Shown here: positions 39,588-50,301 of the stretch, in pieces
How the letters are laid out: the number at the start of each line of letters is the position of its first letter
Numbering within the stretch: position 1 is the stretch's first letter
Source: Terriglobia bacterium
GTDB lineage: Bacteria; Acidobacteriota; Polarisedimenticolia; Polarisedimenticolales; JAIQFR01
Assembly (NCBI GenBank): GCA_963748015.1
Contig: CAVVHE010000008.1
Coordinates: 544,001-608,000, forward strand
DNA: 64,000 bases
Direction: 5' to 3'
Notes under the pieces: model-generated
Database searches by the model: none
The model's input: only the letters and a program-made list of their open reading frames with translations
What the model was told of the DNA's origin: nothing
Program-made: the position numbers and the translations under genes

Positions 39588-41049
39588 GTGCTTCGCAACG
39601 GAACATCGCGGCGGGGTCGAAGCCGGACGACCCTTTCCGGAATCGGCCTCGCGGGTTCCGCCGCGCGCGCGGCATTCGTCGCCGCCGTCCTGCTCGGCGC
39701 CGCCGTCGCCGGCTTCGCGAGTCGCGAGGCCCGCGCGGGGTCGGCGGACGCGCAACCGGCCGCGAACGGGAGCGCCGGGAGCCCCGAGGGGACGAGCGCC
39801 GTCACCCCGCCCCCGGAGCCCTTCGCGTTCGCGGATTTCTCGTGGGTGCCCGGAGGCGCGGGGGCCAGCGAGAAGCCGCTCAAGCTAGGGCCGTTCACCG
39901 GGGAGTTCAGGCTCGACACGGTCTACCACTACAGCTTCAACCATCCGAAGGACGACACGATCGGTGGCTCGAGCGAGGTGTTCCGGCACGGCGAGTTCCA
40001 GGTCACCCAGATCGGCTTCGGAGGCGACTTCCTGTACAAGAACGTCCAGGCCCGGCTCATGACCCAGTTCGGGATGTACTCGGTGACGACACCGCGCAAC
40101 GACGCGAGCCCCGGGCGCGGCCAGTGGCAGCTCGACAACGCGTACCGGTACATCTCCGAGGCGTACGGCGGGTACCACATCGACGCGATGAACGGCATCA
40201 ACATCCAGGCCGGCATCTTCATGTCGTACGTCGGCCTCTGGAGCTACTACAACTTCGACAACTGGACCTACCAGCCGTCCTACGTGTCGTCGAACACGCC
40301 GTGGTTCTTCAACGGCGTGCGCGTCCAGATCTTCCCGACCGACAAGCTCAAGATCGAGCCGTGGCTCATCAACGGCTGGCAGTCGTACGGCCGGTTCAAC
40401 AACAGTCCCGGCGGCGGGGTGCAGGTCCTCTGGCGGCCGAACGGCCGGCTGGCGATCCTGGGCAACCAGTACTACGGGACGGACACCCTCGGCAATACGA
40501 ACCGTGCCCGCATCCACACGGACGACAGCGTCATGTGGAAGTACCACGAAGCCCCGGGCGGCCGGATCAGCAAGGCGGCGGCCTCGCTCACGCTCGACGC
40601 GGGCTGCGAGCGCGGCGGGGGCGTGAGCTGCGGCTCGCAGTATTTTCTCGGCTTCATGGTCTACAACCGGCTCTGGTTCGACCGGGACCGCTTCGGCCTG
40701 ACCATCGGCGGCGGCGCGATCAACAACCCGGGCCGCTACCTCGTCCTGGTACCGCCGATCAACGGCGCCACCGCGTTCTACCGGAACGCCTTACTTCACC
40801 GCCAACCCCGGCGACTCGTTCCGGGCGTGGGACGCGCAGCTGACGTTCGACTACATGCCGCAGCCGTTCGTCGTCTTCCGCCTCGAGTTCAACCACCGGG
40901 CGGCCGACGTTCCGTACTTCTCCGGAGCCGGGGGCGTGACCCCCGAGGGCGGCAACACGGGCGACCCCAGGACGGAGGTCGATGGCTTCACCCCGGATCT
41001 CGTCAAGGCGGAGGACCGGCTCACGTTCGCCCTGATGGTGAAATACTGA
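39588..41049 (+). pseudogene. Outer-membrane beta-barrel (putative porin), one +1 frameshift near 40779
   Basis: Signal-like N-terminus and aromatic-rich amphipathic strands (ISEAYGGYH, IQAGIFMSYVG, WLINGWQ). The second frame ends RLTFALMVKY (beta-signal-like). Deleting one T in GCGTTCTACCGGA joins the frames. Confidence 0.82.
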
Positions 41050-41084
41050 CGCTCCCGGCGGTGCCGGCGCGAGGGGAAATCCCG

Positions 41085-41183
41085 ATGCTCGACCTGCTCT
41101 GCATCGCGATGATCTTGGCGTTCTTCGCCGTAAGCGTTGTCTTGACGCGAGGCTGCGAGAGACTCGAGCAGGAGGAGGCGTAG
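41085..41183 (+). CDS. Small hydrophobic kdp-associated peptide (32 aa, KdpZ-like)
   Basis: SD GAGGGG; MLDLLCIAMILAFFAVSVVLTRGCERLEQEEA, single TM, directly before kdpF. Confidence 0.7.
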   Translation: MLDLLCIAMILAFFAVSVVLTRGCERLEQEEA

Positions 41184-41184
41184 T

Positions 41185-41271
41185 ATGGGCGACTACCTCT
41201 GGACGGGGTTCGTGGCCCTGCTCCTCCTTTTCTACCTGGTCTACGTGCTGCTGAAGCCCCAGAAGTTCTGA
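41185..41271 (+). CDS. kdpF: K+-transporting ATPase subunit F
   Basis: SD GGAGGAGG; MGDYLWTGFVALLLLFYLVYVLLKPQKF matches the KdpF YLxYxLLxPExF pattern. Confidence 0.92.
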   Translation: MGDYLWTGFVALLLLFYLVYVLLKPQKF

Positions 41272-41278
41272 GGACGCC

Positions 41279-43154
41279 ATGACCGCGAACGGGATCCTGC
41301 AGCTGGCCGTGTTCCTCGGGCTGATCCTGCTCTCGGCGAAGCCGATGGGCGCGTACATGGCCCGAGTGTTCCACGGGGAGCGCACGCTCCTCTCCCCCGC
41401 GCTGCGGCCCGTCGAGCGCCTCTTCTACAGGCTGCTCGGCGTCACGGGAAGACGAGGACATGCGGTGGACGACCTACACGTTCGCGATGCTGATGTTCAG
41501 CGTCGTCGGCGGCCTGGCTGAGCTACGCTCTCCTGCGCCTGCAGGGGTACCTGCCGCTGAACCCGCAGCATTTCGGCGGCCGCGAGATGACGGCAGACCT
41601 CGCGTTCAACACCGCGATGTCCTTCACCACGAACACGAACTGGCAGAACTACGTGCCCGAGGCCGTCGTCAGCTACTTCTCCAACATGGTGGCGCTGGCC
41701 TCGCACAACTGGATGTCGGCGGCCACGGGGATCGCGGTGGCGATCGCGGTCGTGCGCGGGTTCGCCCGCCACTCGGCGGACGGGCTCGGCAACTTCTGGG
41801 TGGACGTCACGCGCGCCACGCTTTACGTGCTGCTGCCGATCTCGATCGTGCTCGCCCTGCTGCTGGTCTGGCAGGGCGTGCCGCAGAACTTCGCTCCGTA
41901 CACGGCGAGCGACCACGCTGGAAGGGGCGGCGCAGGTCATCGCGCAGGGCCCGGTGGCCTCCCAGGAAGCCATCAAGATGCTCGGCACCAACGGGGGCGG
42001 CTTCTTCAACGCCAACTCCGCCCACCCGTTCGAGAACCCGACGCCCGCTCACGAACCTGCTCGAGATGCTCGCGATCTTCCTGATTCCCGCGGGGCTGAC
42101 GCTACACGTTCGGCAAGGATGGTGGGGAACACCCGCCAGGGATGGGCGATCTTCGGCCGCCATGACCCTCCTGTTCGCGGCGGGGCTTGGCGCTCTGCTA
42201 CTGGGCCGAGGCGAGGGGCAACCCGAACGTGGCGAAGCTCGGCGTCGAGACGGCCGCCGACCGCGGGACAGCCCGGCGGCAACATGGAAGGGAAGGAGAC
42301 CCGCTTCGGCATCGCCAACTCCGCGCTGTTCGCCTCCGTGACGACCGCGGCGTCGTGCGGCGCCGTGAATTCCATGCACGACAGCTTCACCGCCCTCGGC
42401 GGCATGGTGCCGCTGGTGTTCATCCTCGTGCGACGAGGTGATCTTCGGCGGGCGTGGGCGCGGGGCTCTACGGCATCCTGATGTACGCGGTGATCGCCGT
42501 GTTCATCGCCGGGCCTCATGGTCGGGCGCACGCCGGAGTACCTCGGCAAGAAGATCGAGAAGTACGAGGTGCGAATGGCGGTCCTCGCCCTGCTCATCCT
42601 GTTCGCGAACGTGGTGGTCTGGACCGGCCTGGGAACGAACCTCGAGCTGTCCCCCGGGAAGGACGTCCGGGCTTTCGCGGATTCGGCGACGGCGGACGAG
42701 GCGGCCTTCCTGAAGGCCCACCCGGCCGCCCGGTGGAACCACGTACAACAACAGCAGTCCCAGCACCTACTTCGGCGCCGCCTACAACAACGTCAACAAC
42801 TCCGGCCCGCACGGCTTCTCCGAGATCCTGTACCAGTACGCCTCGCAGACCGGCAACAACGGCTCCGCCTTCGCCGGCCTCACGGGCAACACGCCCTACT
42901 ACAACCTCACCGGGGGCCTCGCGATGCTCGTCGGGAGGTTTCTCATGATCGTCCCCCTGCTGGCGATGGCCGGAAGCCTGGCCCGGAAGAAGTCCGTGCC
43001 GGCTTCGGCCGGCACGCTGGCGACCGACACGGCCACCTTCGCCGTGCTGCTCGCCGGGGTCGTGCTGATCGTGGGCGCGCTCGAGTACTTCCCCGCGCTG
43101 GCGCTCGGGCCGATCGTGGAGCATTTCCAGATGATCGGCGGACAGCTCTTCTGA
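41279..43154 (+). pseudogene. kdpA: K+-transporting ATPase subunit A, about 10 or more single-base insertions
   Basis: All four pore motifs are present in alternating frames: TNTNWQ, GTNGGG, SCGAV and NNGSA; C-terminus [10 protein letters not shown]. Confidence 0.93.
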
Positions 43155-43190
43155 TCGAAGGGAAGCAACGCGCCGAGGAGTGACGTATCC

Positions 43191-45344
43191 ATGGTGACCG
43201 AGGTCCGGGACAATCCCGCAGCCGCTCCCCCGCTCGAGCCGTCCGGGCTACCGGAAGCCGAAGCACGCGCCGAAGTCGCTCTTCGACCGGTCGATCGTCA
43301 AGCGCGCGAGCCTCGAGGCCTTCCGCAAGCTCGACCCCCGGCACGTCGCCAGGAATCCGGTGATGTTCGTGGTCGAGGTCGGGCAGCATCGTGACGACGA
43401 TCCTCCTCGCGCGCGATCTGTTCTCCGGCGCGCCACAACCTGCTGTTCAACTTCCAGATCACCGCTCTGGCTCTGGTTCACGGTCCTCTTCGCCAACTTC
43501 GCGGAGGCGATGGCGGAGGGGCGGGGCAAGGCGCAGGCCGACGCGCTCCGCAGGTCGAAGACGGAGACCATCGCCCGCCGGATCGTCGCGGAAGGCGCCG
43601 GCCGGAGCGCGGAGGAGCGGGTGCCGGCGACCGAGCTCCGCAAGGGCGACCTGGTCGTCTGCGAGGCGGGCGACGTGATCCCCGGGGACGGCGACGTGAT
43701 CGAGGGAATCGCCTCGGTGGACGAGTCCGCCATCACCGGCGAGAGCGCGCCCGTCATCCGCGAGACCGGGCGACCGCAGCGCGGTCACGGGCGGCACCCG
43801 GGTGCTCTCCGACCGAATCGTGGTGCGAATCACGTCGAACCCCGGCGAGGCGTTCATCGACCGCATGATCGCCCTGGTCGAGGGGGCCAAGCGGCAGAAG
43901 ACCCCCAACGAGATCGCGCTGACGATCCTCCTGGCGGGGACCACGATCATCTTCCTCCTCGCCGTCGCCACCCTCGTGCCCGTTCGCGGCCTACAGCGTG
44001 CGCTCGGCGGGAGCCGGGTCGCCGCCGACGATCTTCCTGCTGTCGGCGCTGCTCGTCTGCCTCATCCCGACCACGATCGGCGGGCTGCTGTCGGCCATCG
44101 GCATCGCGGGCATGGACCGCGTCATGCAGCACAACGTCCTCGCGATGTCGGGGAAGGCGGTGGAAGCCGCGGGCGACGTCAACACCCTGCTACTGGACAA
44201 GACCGGGACGATCACGCTCGGCAACCGGCAGGCGGTCGAGTTCGTCCCGCTGCCCGGAGTGCCGATCGACGATCTCGCCAACGCGGCCCAGCTCTCGTCC
44301 CTGGCCGACGAGACGCCCGAGGGGCGCAGCATCGTCGTGCTGGCGAAGGAGAAGTACGGCTTGCGGGGGCGGGCGCTGGCCGGGCACGACGCGGAGTTCA
44401 TCCCTTTCACGGCCCAGACGCGGATGAGCGGCGTGAACCTTGGAGGCCTGAGGATCCGCAAGGGGGCGGGGGACGCGATCAAGCGTTACCTCGACGGGCA
44501 AGGGGGAGACGTCCCGAAGGAGCTCGACGAGATCGTGAACCGCATCGCGAGGGCCGGAGGCACGCCGCTCGTGGTGGCCGTCAACGAGCTGGCGCTCGGC
44601 GTCATTCAGCTCAAGGACATCGTCAAGGGCGGGATGCGGCAGCGTTTCGACCGGCTCCGCGCGATGGGCATCAAGACGGTGATGATCACGGGCGACAACC
44701 ATCTCACCGCGGCGTCCATCGCGCAGGAGGCGGGAGTGGACGACTTCCTCGCCGAGGCGACCCCCGAGACCAAGATGGCGCTCATCCGGAAGGAGCAGCA
44801 GGGCGGCAAACTCGTGGCGATGACGGGCGACGGGACGAACGACGCCCCCGCCCTGGCGCAGGCCGACGTCGGCGTGGCGATGAACACGGGGACGCAGGCC
44901 GCCAAGGAAGCCGGGAACATGGTGGATCTCGACAGCAATCCCACCAAGCTGATCGAGATCGTGGAGATCGGCAAGCAGCTGCTGATGACGCGCGGGTCGC
45001 TCACCACGTTCAGCATCGCGAACGACATCTCGAAGTACTTCTGCATCATCCCCGCGATGTTCGCCGCGACCTACCCGATGCTGAGCGCGATCAACTTCCT
45101 CTGCTACGGTCCCGGAGCCGCTCGGTCCACGCCCAACTCCGCGGTGCTGGCGGCGGTGATCTTCAACGCGCTGGTCATCGTCGCGCTGATTCCCTTGGCC
45201 CTGCGGGGGGTCCGCTACAAGCCGATGGGGGCCTCCGCGGTCCTGAGGCGGAACCTGCTGATCTACGGAGTCGGCGGCGTCCTGGTCCCGTTCCCGGCGA
45301 TCTGGGCCATCGATCGCCTGCTCGTGCTGCTGAGGCTCGCGTGA
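43191..45344 (+). pseudogene. kdpB: K+-transporting ATPase subunit B, 5' part frameshifted
   Basis: [42 protein letters not shown] and [10 protein letters not shown] motifs. Intact from about 43998. Confidence 0.95.
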
Positions 45345-45433
45345 GCGCGGGGCGGCGGACTGCGGAGCGGGGACGAACGCTCTTGAGCTTGCGCCGGGAA
45401 ACGTGTGTAATCGAGAGGTGAGGAGAAACGAGG

Positions 45434-46069
45434 ATGTTCCGGCAGCTGCGTTCCGCCGTTCTGAGCGTGCTCGGGTTCATGGCACTCCTCGGCGTCGTGT
45501 TCCCGGTCGCGATCACCGCCGTCTCGCAGGTGGCCTTCCCCCGCCGGGCGAACGGGAGCCTGATCGAGCGAGGCGGGAAGACCGTGGGGTCGGAGCTACT
45601 CGGCCAGCGCTTCTCGGCTCCGGAGTACTTCCACCCGCGGCCCTCCGCGGCCGGCGACGGGTACGACGCCGCCGCGTCGGCCGGGACGAACCTCGGTCCG
45701 ACCTCGGACAAGCTGATCCACGGCGTCCACCGGAAGCTGCCGAGCGGCGAGGACGCCCCCGGGAACTTCGACGGCATCGGGGACCTCGCGGCCGCCTACC
45801 GGTCCGAGAACGGCCTTTCCCCGAGTGCTTCGGTTCCGGCCGACGCGGTGACCCGCTCCGGCAGCGGGCTCGATCCGGACATCAGCCCCGCGAACGCGGA
45901 AGCCCAGCTGGCGCGGGTCTCGAAGGCGCGCGGGCTCCCGGAGGAAGTGGTGCACGGGCTCGTGTCGCGGTGCACGAGGGGACGCCAGCTCGGCTTTCTC
46001 GGGGAACCGAGAGTCAACGTGCTCCTGCTGAACCTGGCCCTGGACGCCGAGTCGGGGCACCCTCACTGA
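45434..46069 (+). CDS. kdpC: K+-transporting ATPase subunit C
   Basis: ANGSLI, YFHPRPSA, SGSGLDPDISP and GEPRVNVLLLNLALD motifs. Confidence 0.97.
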   Translation: MFRQLRSAVLSVLGFMALLGVVFPVAITAVSQVAFPRRANGSLIERGGKTVGSELLGQRFSAPEYFHPRPSAAGDGYDAAASAGTNLGPTSDKLIHGVHRKLPSGEDAPGNFDGIGDLAAAYRSENGLSPSASVPADAVTRSGSGLDPDISPANAEAQLARVSKARGLPEEVVHGLVSRCTRGRQLGFLGEPRVNVLLLNLALDAESGHPH

Positions 46070-46083
46070 GCCCGGATTAGAAC

Positions 46084-48804
46084 ATGGAGACCGATCGCAG
46101 GCCCGACCCCGACGCGCTGCTCGCCAGGATCCGGGAAGAGGAGCGGCTGTCGTCGCGCGGCCGCCTGAAGATCTTCTTCGGTGCCGCGGCCGGGGTCGGG
46201 AAGACGTTCGCGATGCTCCAGGCCGCGCACGAGCGTCTCGCGGGCGGCGTGGACGTCGTCGTCGGCCACGCGGTCACCCACGGGAGGGCGGAGACGGAAG
46301 CCCTCCTGGTGGGGCTGCCCATCCTGCCGAGCCGACACGCGGCGCACCGCGGCCACACGCTCGAGGAGTTCGACCTCGACGCCGCGCTGGTCCGGAAGCC
46401 GCAGCTCCTCATCCTGGACGAGCTGGCCCACACGAACGCTCCGGGCTCCCGCCATGCGCGGCGCCACCAGGACGTCGAGGAGCTGCTGCAGGCGGGGATC
46501 GACGTCTACACGACCCTCAACGTCCAGCACATCGAGAGCCTGAACGACCTGGTCGCTCAGATCACGGGCGTCACGGTCCGCGAGACCGTGCCCGACTCCG
46601 TCCTCGAGACGGCCGACGACGTGGCGCTCGTGGATCTCCCCCCCGACGAGCTGCTCGCGAGGCTCCGCGAGGGGAAGGTCTACATCCCGGACCAGGCCGA
46701 GCGGGCCATGGCCAACTTCTTTCGGAAGGGGAACCTGATCGCGCTCCGGGAAATGGCGCTGCGGTGCACCGCCGACCGGGTGGACGCGCAGATGCAGGTC
46801 TACCGGAAGTCCGAGGGCCCGGAACGCACGTGGCCGATCACCGAGAAGATCCTGGTGTGCATCAGTCCCAGCCCGTCCGCGACACGGGTCGTCCGGGCCG
46901 GGCGCCGCCTCGCGCGCCGCTTGCGCGCCGAGTGGACCGTTCTCTTCGTCGAGCAGTCGCGGCATGTGGCGCTCAAGGAGGCCGACCGGGACTACGCGCC
47001 GAACGCCCTTCGGCTGGCCGAGCAGCTCGGCGCCGAGGCGGTCACGATCTCGGCCCATGACGCCATCGAGGAGATCATCAGCTACGCGAGGGCGCGCAAC
47101 TTCTCGAAGATCGTGGTCGGCAAGCCGGCACGGTACTGGTGGGTGCGGGAGCTGTTCACCGGGTCGTTCGTCGAGAAACTGGCCCGCCAGAGCGGCGACA
47201 TCGACGTGTTCATCGTCCATGGCGGCCGCGCGGACGAGACCGAGGCGCGACCCGCCGCCCCGGTTCGAGCGGGCCCTGTGGACTGGCCGGGCTACGGGTG
47301 GTCCACGGCCACGGTCGCAGTCTGCACCCTGATCACGGCCCTGATGAGGAGCCACTTCGAGCCGTCGAACCTCGTCATGGTCTATCTCCTCGGCGTGATG
47401 ATCGTCGCCACCCGCTGGGGCCGCGGGCCGTCGCTGCTGGCCGCGTTGCTCGGCGTGGCGGCGTTCGACTTCTTCTTCGTGCCCCCGTACCTCACGTTCG
47501 CGGTCAGGGACTACCAGTACCTGGTCACGTTCGCGGTGATGGTGACGGTGGGAGTGACCATCAGCGCGCTGGCCGTCAGGATCAAGGAGCAGGCCGACGT
47601 CGCCCGCCAGCGCGAGCGGCGGACCGGCGCCCTCTACGCGCTGAGCCGCGAGCTGGCCTCGACGCGCAGCCTGGACGAGATGATCTCCGCCGTGAGGCGG
47701 CATCTCGAGGAGGTCTTCGAGGGCGAATCGGCCGTCTATCTCGCGGGAAGCCACGGCCGGCTCGAGCTTCGGCCCGCGAACGGGCCGGCCTTCGCTCTCG
47801 ACCCGAAAGAGGCGGCGGTGGCGCAGTGGGTCCACGAGCACTCCGAGGCCGCCGGGCGGGGAACCAACACGCTCGCGGGCGCGGAAGGGCTGTACCTTCC
47901 TCTCGTGGGAAGCCGCGGCCCCGTGGGCGTTCTGGCCGTCCGGCTCGAGCACCATCGCCGTCCGCTGGCGACGGACCCGATGCACCTGCTCGAGACTTTC
48001 GCCAACCAGGCCGCGCTCGCCCTCGAGCGGGCGCTCCTCGCGCGGGAGGCGCACCGGCACCGGCTCGAGGCCGAGGGGGAGAGCCTTCGCAACGACCTCC
48101 TCGCCGCGGTGTCGCACGATCTCAGGACCCCGCTCTCCGCGATCTCGGGCGCCGCGAGCAGCCTGGCGTTCAGCGAGGACCGGCTCGACCCCGCTTCGCG
48201 GCGCGAGTTGGTCCTGACGATCCACGAGGAGGCCGAGCGCATGACCCGGCTCGCGAACAACCTCCTGGACATGGGCCGGCTCCAGGCCCGCCGGGTCACC
48301 CTCCGCCGGGAATGGCAGCCTCTCGAGGAAGTCTGCGGGGCGGCGCTCCACCAGCTCGACCTTCACCTCAGGGGCCGCGAGGTGGTGCTGCGGCTTCCCG
48401 AGGAGCTGCCCCTCGTCCCCATCGACGACGTACTCATCGAGCGGGTGCTCGTCAACCTGCTGGAGAACGCCCTGCGCTACACGCCCCCCGGCACGCCCAT
48501 CGAGCTCGCGGCGTCCGCCGGGCCGGCCGAGGTCCTCGTGGAGGTGCTGGACCGTGGCCCCGGGTTCCTTGCCGGAGAGGAGACCAGGATCTTCGAGAAG
48601 TTCTTCCGGGGCGAGGCCGCCCAATCGCGCCACGGCATCGGCCTGGGCCTGGCGGTGGCCCGCAGCATCGTCGAGGCGCACGGCGGGAGGATCTGGGCGG
48701 AGAATCGCCGGGGAGGCGGAGCGGCGTTCCGCTTCTCGCTGCCCCTCAAGGGCGAGCCGCCCGACGTGTCCGGCGAGCCGGGGGAGACGGAGGTCGCACC
48801 GTGA
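46084..48804 (+). CDS. kdpD: Sensor histidine kinase KdpD
   Basis: GRLKIFFGAAAGVGKT, DELAHTN, USP, 4 TM, GAF, SHDLRTPL and HATPase domains. Confidence 0.97.
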   Translation: METDRRPDPDALLARIREEERLSSRGRLKIFFGAAAGVGKTFAMLQAAHERLAGGVDVVVGHAVTHGRAETEALLVGLPILPSRHAAHRGHTLEEFDLDAALVRKPQLLILDELAHTNAPGSRHARRHQDVEELLQAGIDVYTTLNVQHIESLNDLVAQITGVTVRETVPDSVLETADDVALVDLPPDELLARLREGKVYIPDQAERAMANFFRKGNLIALREMALRCTADRVDAQMQVYRKSEGPERTWPITEKILVCISPSPSATRVVRAGRRLARRLRAEWTVLFVEQSRHVALKEADRDYAPNALRLAEQLGAEAVTISAHDAIEEIISYARARNFSKIVVGKPARYWWVRELFTGSFVEKLARQSGDIDVFIVHGGRADETEARPAAPVRAGPVDWPGYGWSTATVAVCTLITALMRSHFEPSNLVMVYLLGVMIVATRWGRGPSLLAALLGVAAFDFFFVPPYLTFAVRDYQYLVTFAVMVTVGVTISALAVRIKEQADVARQRERRTGALYALSRELASTRSLDEMISAVRRHLEEVFEGESAVYLAGSHGRLELRPANGPAFALDPKEAAVAQWVHEHSEAAGRGTNTLAGAEGLYLPLVGSRGPVGVLAVRLEHHRRPLATDPMHLLETFANQAALALERALLAREAHRHRLEAEGESLRNDLLAAVSHDLRTPLSAISGAASSLAFSEDRLDPASRRELVLTIHEEAERMTRLANNLLDMGRLQARRVTLRREWQPLEEVCGAALHQLDLHLRGREVVLRLPEELPLVPIDDVLIERVLVNLLENALRYTPPGTPIELAASAGPAEVLVEVLDRGPGFLAGEETRIFEKFFRGEAAQSRHGIGLGLAVARSIVEAHGGRIWAENRRGGGAAFRFSLPLKGEPPDVSGEPGETEVAP

Positions 48805-49502
48805 GCGACACCCCGCCGACGATTCTCCTGATCGAGGACGATCCGCAGATCCGCCGGTTCCTCCGGGCCGCGCTGCCGGCGCACGGATACCGCCTGGTCG
48901 AGGCGGAGACGGGAGAGAGCGGGCTCACCCAGGCGGCGACCCGAACGCCCGATGTCGTCCTGCTCGACCTGGGCCTCCCGGACGTGGACGGTCTCGACGT
49001 GACCCGCCGGCTGCGGGAATGGTCGCAGGTGCCGATCGTCGTGCTGTCGGCGCGCGGCCTCGAAGGGGACAAGGTCGCCGCCCTCGACGCGGGCGCCGAC
49101 GACTACCTGACCAAGCCGTTCGGCGTCGAGGAGCTGCTGGCCCGGCTGCGCGTCGCGCTCCGGCACGCCGCGCGGGCGGGCTCGGGCTCGGCGGGACCCC
49201 TCTTCGCGACGGGGGATCTCACGGTGGATCTCGCCGGGCGGCAGGTCCGGGTTCGAGGGCAGGAGGTCCATCTCACCCCCACGGAGTTCAAGCTCCTTGC
49301 GCTTCTCGTCAAGCACGCGGGCAAGGTCGTCACCCAGCGCCAACTGCTCGTCGAGGTGTGGGGGCCTGGCTCCGCGAGGAACGCGCACTACCTGAGGGTC
49401 CAGATGTATGGCCTCCGGCACAAGCTCGAGGAGACCCCCGCGCGCCCGCGGTACCTCGTCACCGAGCCCGGGGTCGGCTACCGGCTCCGCGAGGAGAATT
49501 GA
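48801..49502 (+). CDS. kdpE: Response regulator KdpE
   Basis: GTGA overlap with kdpD; ILLIEDD, LLDLGLPD, GADDYLTKPF, HLTPTEF and TEPGVGYRL motifs. Confidence 0.96.
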   Translation: MSDTPPTILLIEDDPQIRRFLRAALPAHGYRLVEAETGESGLTQAATRTPDVVLLDLGLPDVDGLDVTRRLREWSQVPIVVLSARGLEGDKVAALDAGADDYLTKPFGVEELLARLRVALRHAARAGSGSAGPLFATGDLTVDLAGRQVRVRGQEVHLTPTEFKLLALLVKHAGKVVTQRQLLVEVWGPGSARNAHYLRVQMYGLRHKLEETPARPRYLVTEPGVGYRLREEN

Positions 49503-49643
49503 GCCGGCCGCGCGCACGGCCCGTGGTGAGCCTTCCGGCGGCCTACGCGGGCGCGCGGCTCGCCCCCCGGCCGGCGCCGTTTCGATAGCCGTTCCCTTTG
49601 GGTTAACATGGGCCCGGTTTCCAACCCGAGGAGGACCCACGCC

Positions 49644-50261
49644 ATGTGCGAAACGGCCGCGACTCTGAAGCTGGGGCAAAAGGTCCCCGACTTCGCGCTC
49701 GACACCTACGATCCCGTGCAGGACGATTTCGGCAGCTTCCGCCTCGCGGACCAGCTCGCGAAGAAGCGCTGGACGATCCTGTTCTTCTACCCGGCCGACT
49801 TCACCTTCGTCTGAGCGACGGAATTCGCTGCTCTGGCAGAGCAGCACGACCGTTTCGTGAAGATGGGGTGCGACATCGTCACCGTGAGCACCGACACCAA
49901 GTTCGTGCACCTCGCGTGGAAGAAGAGCGAGGGGGAGCTGGCGAGCGTGAAGTACCCGATGGGTTCCGACCCGACGGGCAAGGTGTCGAGGGCGTTCGGC
50001 GTTTACGACGAGGCCACCGGCCTCGACCTCCGCGGGACCTTCGTCATCAATCCCGAGGGTACGCTCCTGAACTCCGAGGTGAACTTCTACAACCTCGGGC
50101 GGAACATCGACGAGCTGCTGCGGAAATTCAAGGCGAACGTGTACATGGGGAGGAAGGCGAACGAGGCGTGCCCCTCGAAGTGGAAGGACGAGGGGGACAA
50201 GACGCTCGTCAACCCCGGCGCCAAGATGGTCGGGAAGGTCCACGAGGCGCTTTCTGGCTGA
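49644..50261 (+). CDS. prxU: Selenocysteine-containing 2-Cys-type peroxiredoxin (AhpC/PrxU family), Sec at TGA 49812-49814
   Basis: FFYPADFTFV-TGA-ATEF places the stop codon at the peroxidatic Cys position. The same frame continues through RGTFVINPEG, GRNIDE and EACPSKW. A SECIS-like hairpin follows. Confidence 0.93.
49812..49845 (+). promoter_or_regulatory. Bacterial SECIS element
   Basis: TGA, 12 nt, then the stem GCTGCTCT-GGC-AGAGCAGC with G in the apical loop. Confidence 0.85.
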
Positions 50262-50301
50262 TCCCGCCGAGAGCTTCGGGCCCGGCGCCCCAGGAAAGAG
50301 C

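Noticed and set aside
39588..41183. Porin apparently fused to a TM peptide in the ORF track
   Set aside because: Artefact of the +1 insertion near 40779. The porin ends at 41049 and the peptide has its own SD and ATG.
45341..45421. 26-codon ORF between kdpB and kdpC
   Set aside because: Not hydrophobic, no recognisable motif, and no support beyond a GTGA overlap.
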